From assembly GCF_009914755.1 (NCBI RefSeq), contig NC_060948.1: a DNA stretch of 64,000 bases. One strand, 5' to 3'. The number at the start of each line of letters is the position of its first letter. The stretch's first letter is position 1. The stretch comes from the human T2T-CHM13v2.0 reference genome, Homo sapiens. A program made the position numbers and the translations under genes. Positions 44,144 through 58,340 of the stretch are shown one piece after another. The notes below the pieces were generated by a model. It saw only the letters and a program-made list of their open reading frames with translations, had not been told where the DNA came from and made no database searches.

Positions 44144-45051
44144 GCAAACATCTAATTTTGAATTTTTTTTACAATATATATTTCATATTTTTTTCTAATT
44201 TGAATGACTTTTTTTGAGAAGCAAACATTTTTGCCCAAATTTAAAAATGTTAGCCATAAATCATGGAGCTTAAATAATGGACTGATAGTCAGCAGTTAAT
44301 GTAAAGGTTGTTGAAATTTCAGATACCCCAAATTTTCAGTATATACCTAAAGTTTCTGATTCAGCAAGTCCTTTCCTGTATTTCAGTTTCACTAATTTTA
44401 AAAAGCCATTCTTTAATAAATACTGTATTAATATGATTTGGCAGAATGCTATGGGAGGGTTTCCTCTAGAATTCTACTCAAAAGAAGAATTAGTACGAAT
44501 TGTATGTCCCTTTTCTTTTACAACAGTTTTGATCTTAAGCAGTGAAAAATACCATTTAAATAAGCATTCTCTCCATAACATTATATGTGGCAGAAGTTTC
44601 CAACAGTGGTGAAGTCAGTAGTAATTATTCAAACACTGAAATAGACAGGGTTGTTTCTTTTTTTTATCATTAGTGCAAATTTCTGTAATAACAGTACTGT
44701 CACTCCTGGCGTCACATATGTTCTGTTAGATAGGTGGGCGTGTGGAAGTAGTTGATGTGCTGGTAATATGTATAATACCCAAGAAGTCCCATTGCAGTGT
44801 AAATTCCTTGATTTGATATTGGATTTTAAAATGTGAATAAATATGAAAACATAACTCTTACAGTATAATTGTCTGGTTTTGTTCTGAGTATGTTTTCTTG
44901 AAACATTGGAATTCACTTAGGGATTTAACAAATTCAGCTTTTTAAACCAGTATTCTATCGCTAAGGTTCTAAAATAATTCTTCGATTTGTCAGAAAACGT
45001 ACATACTGAGGATATGTGGCAGGAATTATGAATCACATTTTTATGAATTTC

Positions 45052-45342
45052 TTTTTTTTTTTGAGACAGGGTCTTGCGGTGTCGCCCAGGCTGGAAGTGC
45101 AGTGGTGTGATCTCGGCTCACTGCAACTTCTGTCTCCTAGGTTCCAGTAATTCTCCCTGCCTCAGCCTCCCCAATAGGTGGAATTACAGGCACCCGTCAC
45201 CCAGCTAATTTTTGTATTTTTTAGTGGAGAAGGGGTTTCGCCATGTTGGCCAGGATAGTCTTGAACTCCTGATATCAGGTGATGCGTCCTCCTCGGCCTC
45301 CCAAAGTGCTGGGATTAGAGGTGTGAGCCACTGCTCCCAGCC
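45052..45342 (-). mobile_element. Alu (AluS-like)
   Basis: poly-T, gagacagggtcttg...cccaaagtgctgggatta...cccagcc. Confidence 0.93.
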
Positions 45343-45482
45343 TCTTTTAGCATTTTTGCATTTCTTTGGAAATAAACTGATATGTTCATTAAACCATCAA
45401 AAGAAAAACCAAAACACACCCTTATTAAGAGTGAGTGAAAGAAAGAGTTGTCTTTACATTACTGAAAACTTCTGTGTTTCAG

Positions 45483-45546
45483 AAATCTGTGGACCGAAGC
45501 ATACAAATGGTGGTATCTTGTCTGTTTAATCCAGAGAAGAGACTGA
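45483..45546 (+). CDS. DAZ: Coding part of the penultimate DAZ exon (exon 45483-45581): (R)NLWTEAYKWWYLVCLIQRRD*
   Basis: tttcag|AAATCTGTGG; TGA at 45544-45546; donor AAG|gtatga after 45581. Confidence 0.94.
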
Positions 45547-45681
45547 TAAATTCCGTTGTTACTCAAGATGACTGCTTCAAGGTATGAAAGGAATGGCATG
45601 CATAATTAAAAAGCACACTTGTTCCCTCTCAAGTTAGCTGTTTTCCTTGTGGCACATGTATTTTGGGCTTTCTTAGAGGAA

Positions 45682-45994
45682 TTTTTTTTCTTTTTTTTTT
45701 GTTTTGAGACGGAGTCTCCTCTGTCGCCCAGGCTGGAGTGCAGTGAGTGGCCCCATCTAGGCTCACTGCAAGCTCCACCTCCCAGGTTTACTTAACGCCA
45801 TTCTCCTGCCTCAGCCTTCCGAGTAGCTGGGACTACAGGCGCCCACCACCACGCCCAGCTAATTTTTTGTATTTTTAGTAGAGACGGGGTTTCACCGTGT
45901 TAGCCAGGATGGTCTCGATCTCCTGACCTCGTGATCCACCTGCCTCAGCCTCCCAAAGTGCTGGGATTACAGGCATGAGCCACCGTGCCCGGCC
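45682..45994 (-). mobile_element. Alu (AluY-like)
   Basis: gcaagctcc, cgccattctcc and ctcgtgatcc diagnostics; translated as ORF 45875..46102. Confidence 0.93.
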
Positions 45995-46221
45995 TAGAAC
46001 ATTTAATTGAACTGTTGGCATTTGACTGTAACCCAGTAAACCAGTGTGGGTTTTACCTGGCAGTATATTTTCTGCTGCCGAGCCTTGATATAATGTAGTC
46101 AAATTTAGGGAAGAATCCTGCAGCAGAAATTTGTAATTGAAAGGGTTTACTAGAGAAGAGAGTTAGTTGACTACCTTGACCAAATAGTAAAATAAAATTT
46201 TAGATACAGAAAGGAGATCTT

Positions 46222-46535
46222 GGCTGGGTGCAGAGGCTCACGCCTGTAATCCCAACACTTTGGGGGGCTGAGGTGGGTGGATTGCTTGAGCTCAGGAGTT
46301 CGAGGCCACCCTGGGTAACAAGGCAAAACACCATCTCTACAAAAAAATACAAAAATCAGCCAGTTGTGATGGTACATGCCTGTAGTGCCAACTACTCCAG
46401 AGGAGTCTGAGGCAGGAGGATCGCTTGAGCCTGGGAAGTTGAGGCTGCACTGAGCCATGATTGTGCCGTCGTAGTCCAGCCTGGGCAACAGAGTGAGAGA
46501 CCTTGTCTCAAAAAAAAAAAAAAAAAAAAAAAAAA
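46222..46535 (+). mobile_element. Alu (AluJ-like)
   Basis: ggctgggtgcag...ggatcgcttgagcctggg...long A tail. Confidence 0.93.
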
Positions 46536-46919
46536 GTAGAACTTAATACATGCATATTGGACTAAAGAGAAGAAAAGAAATGATTTACTCAGATGATACA
46601 CCTGAACAGTGTGAAGGGAGAAAAGGGGTAAAATGAAGCAGTAAAAAGTTGAGTAGAAAGAGAGGTTGATTCAGAGTTGGTGAAGCGGAAGAGAATGTGG
46701 CTAGTTGAATTCCAGAAAGATCTGACTTCTGATCCCACTTTCTATCCATGTTGGATAGATAAATCTTTTATTAAGGCTCTAATTCTTACAAGTCTAAAAT
46801 GAGAAGGTACAGGACTAAAGGTTTCTGGGTCCCTGTGGTTCTAAGTCTATAAATACGAAAAAGAACTAACTTGGTCAGTCCGGTGGGAGAAAAATATTAT
46901 GGTTAATAAAGGGAAGGTG

Positions 46920-47525
46920 TTTTTTAAATAACAATTTTATTAAAATAATACCAGTAATACAATTTATGTATTTAAAATGTGCACTTCACTGTTTTTTCAT
47001 ATATTCAAAGTTGTGCAACCATGTCCACAATCAATTTTAGAATATTTAAATCACCTCAAAAATCACCCCCGTACCTTAGCAGTCACCTGCTATTTTCCTG
47101 GAACTTGTGTGTATCCCTAGGCAAACACTAATTTACTTTTTTCCTCTAAGGATTTTCCTGTCCTGGAGATTTCTTGTATATGGAATCATACATAATGATG
47201 TGGCATTTTGTGACTGGATTTTTTCACTCAGCATAATGTTTGTAAGGTTCATCAATATTCTAGCACGTATCAGAACTTAATCATTTCTTTTTATTTGTAG
47301 ATATTACCTTATTCTGTTTATGCATTCATCTGTTAAAGACATTTGGATTATTTCCACTTTTTAGCTGTTATAACTAATGCTGTGAACATTCATGTACAAG
47401 TTACTGTGGGGACATACGTGCTTACCTCTCTTGCGTATATACTTGGGAATGGAATTGCTAAGTCATATTTAACCTTTAGTGGAACTGCCAGATTTGTCAA
47501 AACTGGCTACACACTTTACATTCAA
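46920..47525 (-). mobile_element. Old L1 (L1MB/L1M-type) 3' end fragment
   Basis: Typical motifs ttgtgcaacc...caattttagaatattt, tttcactcagcataatgttt, tgctgtgaacattcatgtacaag. Confidence 0.75.
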
Positions 47526-47880
47526 AAGAAAATGTTTAACCATCACTTTGTGTCTTACAACAGAACTAGCTTATTTTTGTCTGTGAATGGATATGGGATG
47601 AAGCCTAAGCCTTTTTAAAGGGTTATATTATGAATCTTCTGTATAATGTAGAAGAGTAGAGCCAGATAGCAGAATTAAGTTCTTAACATCTTTGCAACAT
47701 GGAGTAAATATATTTAAATTTGACATTTGTTCTCTTGTTGCTTCGTTCTATATAGATAGTACAATTTAGAAAAGAAAGAACTGGAATTGTACATCAGCTT
47801 ATCTTGCCGAAAATTCTGATTACATTGGTGTCTACAGTAGTACTTAAGTGATTTTCAAAGCAGAAGATAGTTTTTTGTGT

Positions 47881-48493
<613 letters not shown>

Positions 48494-49544
48494 CAGAAAA
48501 TATTTTTTTAAACTTGAGTTCTCACCTGGTGGTAGACAAAAGACTCGCTTTGAAACTTCCAGAGTTTTCTGCTTATTTGGGAGAGGAATCAGAAGTTGGC
48601 ATCCTGCAGTTGTCTGACATTTAGACCTATTTTAATTGACTGCACGTTGTTATATTGAATTAGAATGCCTGAGATATTTTTGAATGTATTTACAATTTCC
48701 ATAGCCGATTTCTCTTCATTGTCTTAGTTATCTAGCCCTTTCACAATCTTGTTTCCTACATGACCTCTGAATATACATGTTGGTGACCAGTTTTCTAGAT
48801 TTTAACCTAAATTGATTATCACTCTTTTGACAGATGAGGTAACTTCCAGAAGCCACTTTTATTTATATGAAAATGAAACTGAAGTCTTAAAAAAAGGGCA
48901 CAGCTTTGTAGAAAAGGAAATGTTATTACTCGTTCACTCATTCCCATTCCTCCTTGTAAGACCTCTCACTTCTCTCTGCACGTCTGCAGGCAACATAGAG
49001 TGAAAAGAAAGTTTTGCATGTATTTTAAAGTTTTATCTTCCTTTCTAAAGAATGATATGTCTTCACAGGTTAATGATATGTTCTTCAAATGCCAAAACTT
49101 ACATATTTTAATCTAAAAACACGAAATTTCAGATTGGAGAGCAGTTCGCAAGCTGTAGTTGGTATTAAATGCAGTTCAATTAGTGAAAAAAGTATTCTTT
49201 ACAATTACATTTTCTACCAGCTGTCTTTGGGACATTACTGCAAAATTATTAACTAAGAAGTACATAAAATGATACTGAGTTTAAGTCCTTTTATTTCTCA
49301 GTTTACTGGAATTTGTTTTATTTAATTATTGATTTCTTTTTTTAACTGTTTAATAAAACTAGCCATCTTGGTACATTTGTTATCCCAGTGTTCAAATATG
49401 CTTCCTGAAAAGAATCATCTTTTTTTCTCATTATTTATAATGTTTAAACCCAAAACAAATGGTTTAAGTTTTGACAACTTTCAGATCCATAGTAGTCATC
49501 AGAAATTTTCAGTAAAATAAAAGGACTATTTCTGTCTTTTCCAG

Positions 49545-51395
49545 GGTAAAAGAGTGCATCGCTTTAGAAGAAGTTTGGCAGTATTTAAATCTGTTGGATC
49601 CTCTCAGCTATCTAGTTTCATGGGAAGTTGCTGGTTTTGAATATTAAGCTAAAAGTTTTCCACTATTACAGAAATTCTGAATTTTGGTAAATCACACTGA
49701 AACTTTCTGTATAACTTGTATTATTAGACTCTCTAGTTTTATCTTAACACTGAAACTGTTCTTCATTAGATGTTTATTTAGAACCTGGTTCTGTGTTTAA
49801 TATATAGTTTAAAGTAACAAATAATCGAGACTGAAAGAATGTTAAGATTTATCTGCAAGGATTTTTAAAAAATTGAAACTTGCATTTTAAGTGTTTAAAA
49901 GCAAATACTGACTTTCAAAAAAGTTTTTAAAACCTGATTTGAAAGCTAACAATTTTGATAGTCTGAACACAAGCATTTCACTTCTCCAAGAAGTACCTGT
50001 GAACAGTACAATATTTCAGTATTGAGCTTTGCATTTATGATTTATCTAGAAATTTACCTCAAAAGCAGAATTTTTAAAACTGCATTTTTAATCAGTGGAA
50101 CTCAATGTATAGTTAGCTTTATTGAAGTCTTATCCAAACCCAGTAAAACAGATTCTAAGCAAACAGTCCAATCAGTGAGTCATAATGTTTATTCAAAGTA
50201 TTTTATCTTTTATCTAGAATCCACATATGTATGTCCAATTTGATTGGGATAGTAGTTAGGATAACTAAAATTCTGGGCCTAATTTTTTAAAGAATCCAAG
50301 ACAAACTAAACTTTACTGGGTATATAACCTTCTCAATGAGTTACCATTCTTTTTTATAAAAAAAATTGTTCCTTGAAATGCTAAACTTAATGGCTGTATG
50401 TGAAATTTGCAAAATACTGGTATTAAAGAACGCTGCAGCTTTTTTATGTCACTCAAAGGTTAATCGGAGTATCTGAAAGGAATTGTTTTTATAAAAACAT
50501 TGAAGTATTAGTTACTTGCTATAAATAGATTTTTATTTTTGTTTTTTAGCCTGTTATATTTCCTTCTGTAAAATAAAATATGTCCAGAAGAGGCATGTTG
50601 TTTCTAGATTAGGTAGTGTCCTCATTTTATATTGTGACCACACAGCTAGAGCACCAGAGCCCTTTTGCTATACTCACAGTCTTGTTTTCCCAGCCTCTTT
50701 TACTAGTCTTTCAGGAGGTTTGCTCTTAGAACTGGTGATGTAAAGAATGGAAGTAGCTGTATGAGCAGTTCAAAGGCCAAGCCGTGGAATGGTAGCAATG
50801 GGATATAATACCTTTCTAAGGGAAACATTTGTATCAGTATCATTTGATCTGCCATGGACATGTGTTTAAAGTGGCTTTCTGGCCCTTCTTTCAATGGCTT
50901 CTTCCCTAAAACGTGGAGACTCTAAGTTAATGTCGTTACTATGGGCCATATTACTAATGCCCACTGGGGTCTATGATTTCTCAAAATTTTCATTCGGAAT
51001 CCGAAGGATACAGTCTTTAAACTTTAGAATTCCCAAGAAGGCTTTATTACACCTCAGAAATTGAAAGCACCATGACTTTGTCCATTAAAAAATTATCCAT
51101 AGTTTTTTTAGTGCTTTTAACATTCCGACATACATCATTCTGTGATTAAATCTCCAGATTTCTGTAAATGATACCTACATTCTAAAGAGTTAATTCTAAT
51201 TATTCCGATATGACCTTAAGGAAAAGTAAAGGAATAAATTTTTGTCTTTGTTGAAGTATTTAATAGAGTAAGGTAAAGAAGATATTAAGTCCCTTTCAAA
51301 ATGGAAAATTAATTCTAAACTGAGAAAAATGTTCCTACTACCTATTGCTGATACTGTCTTTGCATAAATGAATAAAAATAAACTTTTTTTCTTCA
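49545..51395 (+). other. DAZ: DAZ terminal exon (3'UTR, ~1.85 kb), homologous to the last DAZL exon
   Basis: tcttttccag|GGTAAAAGAGTGCATCGC (cf. DAZL DKRVHHFRRS); AU-rich; ends after tandem AATAAA; end approximate. Confidence 0.88.
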
Positions 51396-51410
51396 AATGT
51401 GTTTTTGGCT
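51371..51410 (+). terminator. Polyadenylation signal
   Basis: AATAAA at 51371 and 51377, followed by a CA site and a GT-rich element (tgtgtttttgg). Confidence 0.8.
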
Positions 51411-53295
51411 TTCCGATGTAATAATGTAAAATGGTGGGGAGTTGCGTGGGAACTGTGTAACAAGGTTTAAATTCGTATAACAAGCTTTAGATTCTTAAAA
51501 TGCAGAAGTATAAAGTTCAGTATACTAATCTGTCTGAGTTAGCCCATAAAAGCAAATGTAGGTACAAAGATAAGTTTAAGAGGTGCATCAACAGCAGTGC
51601 AGACTAGGAATGCTGATGAACACATCCGACTCTGCTATCTCACGGCTAAGGTCCCTCACATTTTGGACCCTATGAAGCATTTTGTCTACTGTACACTTTG
51701 GGCCTAGTCTCTAGATCATTTATTTCGGGGTATTGCAGTTGCCTAAGGGAGCTTAATTTTTTTATATTGCAGGTACTTCCTGTGGATACCATAAAAAAAA
51801 AAAATCAGTACCGCTTCTTCTAGCTTTAGTGTTAGTACTCAGTTCTATAAGCTGAGTCCAGTGGAGAGGAAACTCCTCAGACACTCCTGTATTTCATTAG
51901 TTAGTAAGCTTGCTGATTCATAACCAGAAAGTTGACTCCAAGGATACGCAGGATAGCAAACAGTGCTTTCTGCATCACCAAAGATTAAATTGTGATGTTT
52001 AGTGTCCAATAATAGGCAAAAAATTAGTAATTCTTTTATGTGCCTATGTGTATATATGTGTACATATGTGTCTATATATGCATATATTTATGGTTATGTA
52101 CATACTAACGATTATCCAGAATATTTGGTTCTAGCTGATCAAGCTAGTAGGTTTTCAGTATTTTCAGACCCCAAAACTAGACTACATATGGTTTAAGATA
52201 GTTGCTTTACACCAGCTTGTTTCTAGTTTCCTATTAAATTATTACCACAAAAATCTTTGGAATTGAAAAATAACAGTTAAGCACTTTTTTGTAAAAAGTT
52301 CAAGTTATGGTGAAATCAAGCAGCTCTAAAAAGGTTGGTCACCTCCTTAAGTGTATTCTGCATGTTGGTTTTTTTCTTTTTCTAAAATCAGATTACCTTT
52401 AATTCAAAATAACTTCAGAATTGGTAGTACCTGTCTGGCAAGGAAGTCATTGACTCTTAAAAATAAATACTCCACAGCATTTCCCTCTCGTTATAAAGCA
52501 CCTCTAGCCCCCTCTTCACTAAATTTTTCTTGGCTTTTTTTTAAAGGTAAACTGATAAAAATGGGCTGCCACATTGCTTAATCGCCTTGCCTGCTTTCCT
52601 TGCTGTCAGTTGAGGGTAATGAGGAGCAGCAACGATAAGGCAGCGTGCCACCTTGCTTTCACAAAGATGCCAATAGAGAAAGTGGGGAAACATAAGGGAG
52701 AAAAAAGTAGCAGTATTTTACATTGACCAAGTCTTGTGAATGGGCCAGCTATTGAGTATGATCATTTGGAATCCCTAGATAAGGATTGCTCCTGTACATA
52801 TTTTGATAAGTGTAATCTATCCCTTCCCAACATGTGTAGTATGTCTCTGTATGTAACTGATTGTTGTGAGCAATTCCTTGCCACTCACCAAAGACAGAAC
52901 TTTCCATCTGTAGACAGTACATTTTGTAGTAGAAAACAATAGACATAAGAAGTTCAAACTATAAACATGTTTTTGAATGCTCATGCAAGATAATCTGCAT
53001 AGCAAAGAAATAATAGACAATTCAACATTGCATTTAGAGTTAAAAACATCTGTCCAGTATGGATGTAGCTGTGGGCCAATCCTAAGTAAACGCAAAAAAA
53101 AAAAAAAAAAAAAAATTGTCTCTTGGTACAGAAGTTGAAACTACCACTCTACCACTGTACAATTAAACTCTATGGTCGCTGTATTTTACGTTTTTAACTG
53201 GTCTGAAACAGTTCTCTAGTTAAGTCTGTAGTTCGTTTTCCCAAGACAAGGCTTTGTATCTTACGTGCACCTTCATTAATGCTGCATGCCAGGAA

Positions 53296-53373
53296 TTCCA
53301 CATGAAACTTCAAGATGCCGGTTCACTAGGTCTTTTCCACATGAAACTTCAAGATACCGGTTCACTAGGTCTT
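53296..53373. repeat. 39-bp direct tandem duplication with 1 mismatch
   Basis: ttccacatgaaacttcaagat(g/a)ccggttcactaggtctt twice. Confidence 0.92.
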
Positions 53374-54104
53374 TAACAATAGAACAAATACTTGCATGAC
53401 TGGGATATTCAGGTCATGAACACTCCTTATAAATTTGAAGCAATAGTAACATTTTAAGCACTTTGGAAAATTGGAGGTTTCATAACCCTCAATCAGATCT
53501 TTTTATAGAATAACAAAAATACACTAAGGTTCTAATCACATCTATTGTCTTTGCCCAAAATAACATGGATAGAGACACACTCCATTCTGGCTCAATCTTA
53601 GATGAAACTCCAGAAGAAAGGCAGTTGATAATGATACAGCCAGGCCAGCTGTTTAAGTGGACGTGTCCCCTCTGCCCTTGTACATTTGTTTAAAAATTTT
53701 GATAGGACTCTTCCCGCCTCCTTCACACCCTCCATAAATCTGACTAGGCCCATAAGAATGGAGAGAGGTAATTTAAAAGGCAGAGGACATTTTTCTCCTT
53801 GTTTTTACCTATGCTGATCCCCTACCTGGTGTTGGAGCAGCTTCACTGTGAGTAAAATCTGAACAGTGTTTAAGCAGTAAACCCACTATATTGAGGAAAG
53901 CGTGACCTGCACTTTTTTTTTTTTTTTTTTTCCTGAACATGACTTGGTTGTTGCTCATCATTTTGGTTGGTGATGGGTCTTTGACAAACCGATATGCTCA
54001 CCATCCAAAGTTGTGTCCATGTTTAGATCAGCGCAGTATTCGATAGGGCACGTTTCCTCAAGATACCAATTTTACAGGGAAGTCAAAGAGCATCAGAGCT
54101 ATCA

Positions 54105-54245
54105 TAAGGGGTGTTTTTCAGAAGCCAAATCCTGGGCCCCATTCTCAGATGCTCTTATTCTAATGCTCTGGATGGGCCCAGTAATCTGCATTTTTAACAT
54201 GTGCCCCAGGTGATTCTGACCACCGTAACATACTTTGAGAAATAT
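54105..54245. mobile_element. MER5-like hAT-Charlie DNA transposon fragment
   Basis: cctgggcccc...gggcccagtaatctgcatttttaaca...ccccaggtgattctga...tttgagaa. Confidence 0.75.
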
Positions 54246-55379
54246 GGCCTCAGCTGGGGAGCTCTCATTAGATCATCTCAAGCTACCCCTGGATTTAGGA
54301 TAGAAACAGCCCTGTCAGGTCAACTATGACTTTCATAAAGGATTCCGTTGGCTTAATTCACCGAATTCATCTTTCCCTGCCAAGCCCGTGCCTGGGAATG
54401 CCAGCTGTCCACAGGCAAGAGTGACTCATGAATGGGCTGAAATAGATTGAATAGAAAGTTTGAAAACCAAGACTTGTGGCCAGAAATCAGTGACAGGAGG
54501 GAGTGACTACAGAGGCAAAGCTGGATTCCAAGGCCAAGAGCAGGCAAGCCAAGGGTGAGGGACTAGGCTCGAGTGGGAAAGGGCAGAGTGGATATCCTGG
54601 GGACAGAGACACTGTGTTTGCCTCCTGGAGTGAAGAACTATGCCTTTGACTCACTTGACACACTTTACAAATAGTATTACCCATGGTTTTTAGAAAAGTA
54701 TGGCCTGTCATTGCTCCTTTTCCTGCTGTGGAATTAACTAATACCTCTTAACACCTTTAAGCAAGAATGATAATAACAGATCAATATCAAAAAAATATGT
54801 TGAGATCAAGTTCCAGAGACAGCCTTAGGCATTTGATATCCATATTCTTTTTGTATATGTCTGTGTTTTAAAATTTCACATTTAGTTCACTCAAAAGTAT
54901 AAAAATATTTATTTAAAGAATAATAAATACCCAAGTTGGCTTGAGAAATAGAACATTTCATTAATTAAAAAATATGCCCTCCCTGATCACACCCTCTTCC
55001 TCCCCAAGAAGAAGAAACCACCTAAATTGAATTTTGGTTTAATCATCTGCTGAATAAAATGTTTCTTTTCACAATATTTTGAACTTTAAGAGAACATATA
55101 CTGAAACTATTTTTTTTTTTTTTTTTTTTTTGGCACATTGTTAGACTCATCCGTGTTGACTGGGAGATTCTATTTATTTTCACTGCTTTTTAGTTGTATC
55201 AGTTGAATATTTTACGGTTTGTTATTTCCCTTGCTGGGGGACAATTGACTTTTATTTTTTGTTTTAAAATTTTAAATGTAAATTGTGTTGATTCGTTGAT
55301 TGCTGTTACAAACTATGCTCCTACGAACATTGTTAAATGCCTCTGATCACTTAGGTACTAGAATGTCATAAAAAAGAGT

Positions 55380-55520
55380 GAACTTTAAATCCCAGCCCCA
55401 AATACTTCCTGAGTAAGCTTGGACGAGCTTCTCACTGAGTCTTGGTTTCCTCCTCTGTAAAACAACAATACTAGTATCTACTTTATAGTGTTACTATGAG
55501 ATTATTTGGGGCAACACATC
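55380..55520 (+). mobile_element. MIR fragment
   Basis: aaatcccagc...ctgagtcttggtttcctcctctgtaaaa...ata core. Confidence 0.7.
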
Positions 55521-57260
55521 AATGTGGTTAGCTTCCCATCCACAGATCTACCCACCTGCATCCCACTCAAACCCACCTAAGTTTTCTGCAGCCTTTACAT
55601 TTCAGTAACTAGAACTTCCCACGTGGTCTGTGTATAGAGCAGCCATGGTTTGGTGAATGACTGTGTCCTGAAATGTAGTCTTTTGCGTATCTTCTTTGGT
55701 AGTAGGAAACAGCTCATTATGCTAGGCTCTTCAGGATATTTTCTAGAATAGTTCCCTTTTTTCTGAGAGGGCCTTGAATGAGTAGAACACTAACAAATGA
55801 GTGAAATAATGGTACATAGGCCAGCATTCCCTAAGCACAATTTCTGTTTTTCCTTCATGAAATGCTGGAGGTGGCAGGCAGGATTTCATATCCCATTCTT
55901 CTCATCACATGCATACTCCCTGAAATTTGTATAGGATTTTAGGGTTTTCAGAGCTACTTCGTATATATGATTTCGTTTGGTCTTCGTCAACTCCTTTGAA
56001 GTGCTAGACATGTCTAGGTTTTAGGTGTGATTTTCTTAAATTTACACACCCTGGGATTCAGATAAATAAGAAACTGAGACTTGACATCTGGGCCATTGCT
56101 TTTTATACTATCTCATAGATAGCAGACTCTCCAAATCAAAATACAGAAATATTTTTACTAATACATAATAATTATACACATTTATGGGATATCTGTGACA
56201 ATTTCATGCTTCCATGCAATGTGTGGTGATCAAAACAGGGTAACTGGGATATCCATCACCTCAAACATTTATCATTTCTTTGTGTGGGGAGCATTTTCTA
56301 CCTATTTGGAACTACACAATAAATTATTGTTAACTATAGTCACCCTCCTGTGCTGTCAAACACTAGAACTTATTCCTTCTAACTGTATTTTTGTATCCAG
56401 TAAACAACCTCCCTTAATTCCCGTCCCCCAACCCCAACACTCACTCTCTATAGCCTCTGTTAACTACTGTTCTACACTTTACCTCCATGAGATCAATTAT
56501 TTTGGCTCCCACATATGAGTGAGAATAAAGACATTTGTCTTTCTGTGCCTGGTTTATTTCACTTAAAATAATGTCCTTGGTTCCATCCGTGTTGCTGCAA
56601 ATGACCGGACCTCATCCTTTTTAACGGCTCAATAGTACTCCATTGTGTAGATGTACCACATTTTCTTTATGCATTCATCTGTTGACGGATACTTAGGCTG
56701 GTTCCAAATCTTGGATATTGTGAACAGTACTGCAATAAACGTGAGAGTGCAGAGATCTCTTCAACATGCCATGCTGTTTTTGTTACTACTACAGTTTTGC
56801 AGTACATTTTGAAATTCGCTAGCGTGATGCCTTCAGCTTTATTCTTTTGACTCAGTATTGCTTTCGCTACTTGGAGTCTTTTGTGGTTCCATAGAATTTT
56901 ATGATTTTTTTTTCTAATTTCTATGAAGAAGTATTTGGCATTTTCACGGGGATTGCATGAAATCTGTAGATCACTTTTGGCAGAATTGGTTATTTTAACA
57001 ATATTAATTCTTCCAACCTGTGAACATGGGGTTGGGGTGTCTTTCTACTTTTTTGTGTAATCTTTAATTTATTTTGTAAGTTTTTTAATAGTTTTCCTTG
57101 TAGAGGTTTTTATCTCATTGGTTAAATTTATTCCTAGATACTTTATTTTATTTTTTATACCTATTATAAACGGGATTGCTTTCTTGATTATTTTTTCCTG
57201 CTGGCTGCTTGTTGGTACACAGAAAGTCTAGTGGTTTTTGTATATTAATTTTGTGTACTG

Positions 57261-57404
57261 CAAATTTACTGAATTCACTTATCACTTCTGAAAGTTTTTT
57301 TGGTGGAGTTTTAAGGGTTTTGTGTCTGCAAACAAATTTACTGAATTCATTTATGACTACTGAAAGTTTTTTGGTGGAGTTTTAAAGGTTTTATATCTGC
57401 AAAC
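57261..57404. repeat. ~72-bp diverged tandem duplication inside the old L1
   Basis: caaatttactgaattca...ggtggagtttt...tctgcaaa twice. Confidence 0.85.
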
Positions 57405-58306
57405 AGGGACAATTTGACTTCTTCCTTTCCAATCTGGATGCTCTTTTTTTTCCCTTGCCTAATTGCTGTGGCTAGAACTTCTGGTACTATGCTGAATAAA
57501 AGTTGTGAAGTGGATATTTTTGTCTCTTCCGTATGTTAGAGGAAATCCTTTGAATTTTTCCCTGTTCAGTATGATGTTGGTTGTGGGTTTATTATATATG
57601 GCCTTTATTGTGTTCAGATATATTCCTTTTACGTCTGACTTGTGGAGAGTTTTTATCATGAAGCCCTGTTGAATTTTATCAAATGTTTTTTCTGCATCTA
57701 TTGAGATGATCACATGGTTTTTGTTCTTCACTCTGTCAATGCGATGTATCATATTTAAGTTGGTTTGCATATGTGGAAACATCCTGTCATTTTGTTAATT
57801 ATTTTCTGGTTGGTTTCTATAACCTTTGTTGATTTCTTTCTTATTGTTTATCATTGCAGTTTAGTATTTTCCTGTAGTGATAAAGTTTGATTGTTTTTCC
57901 TTTCTCCCTTGTATATCTGCTCTACTGGGATGAATCCCTTGCATCCCTGGGATAAATCCCACTTGGTCATGGGGAATGATCTTTTTAATGTGCTGTTGGT
58001 TTCAGTTTCTTAGTATTTGGTTGAGGTTTTTTGCGTTTCTGTTAATCAGAGATACTGGTCTATAGTTTTCTTTTTTTGTTGTGTCCTTGTCTGGATTTGG
58101 TATCAGAGTAATGCTGACCTCAAATAATGAACTTTGAAGAATTCTCTTCAACTTTCTGGAAGGGTTTGAGAAGAATTGCTATTATTTATTTAAATTTGTG
58201 GTGTAATTCAGCATTGAAGCCCTCAGTTCCTCAGTTATTTGATGGGAGGCTGTTTATTACAGATTCAATCTTCTTACTCATAATTGGTCTGTTCAGGTTT
58301 TCTATT

Positions 58307-58310
<4 letters not shown>

Positions 58311-58340
<30 letters not shown>

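Noticed and set aside
57261-57404. 72-bp duplication matching the DAZ exon length
   Set aside because: It is L1-derived sequence unrelated to exon 7; the equal length is coincidental.
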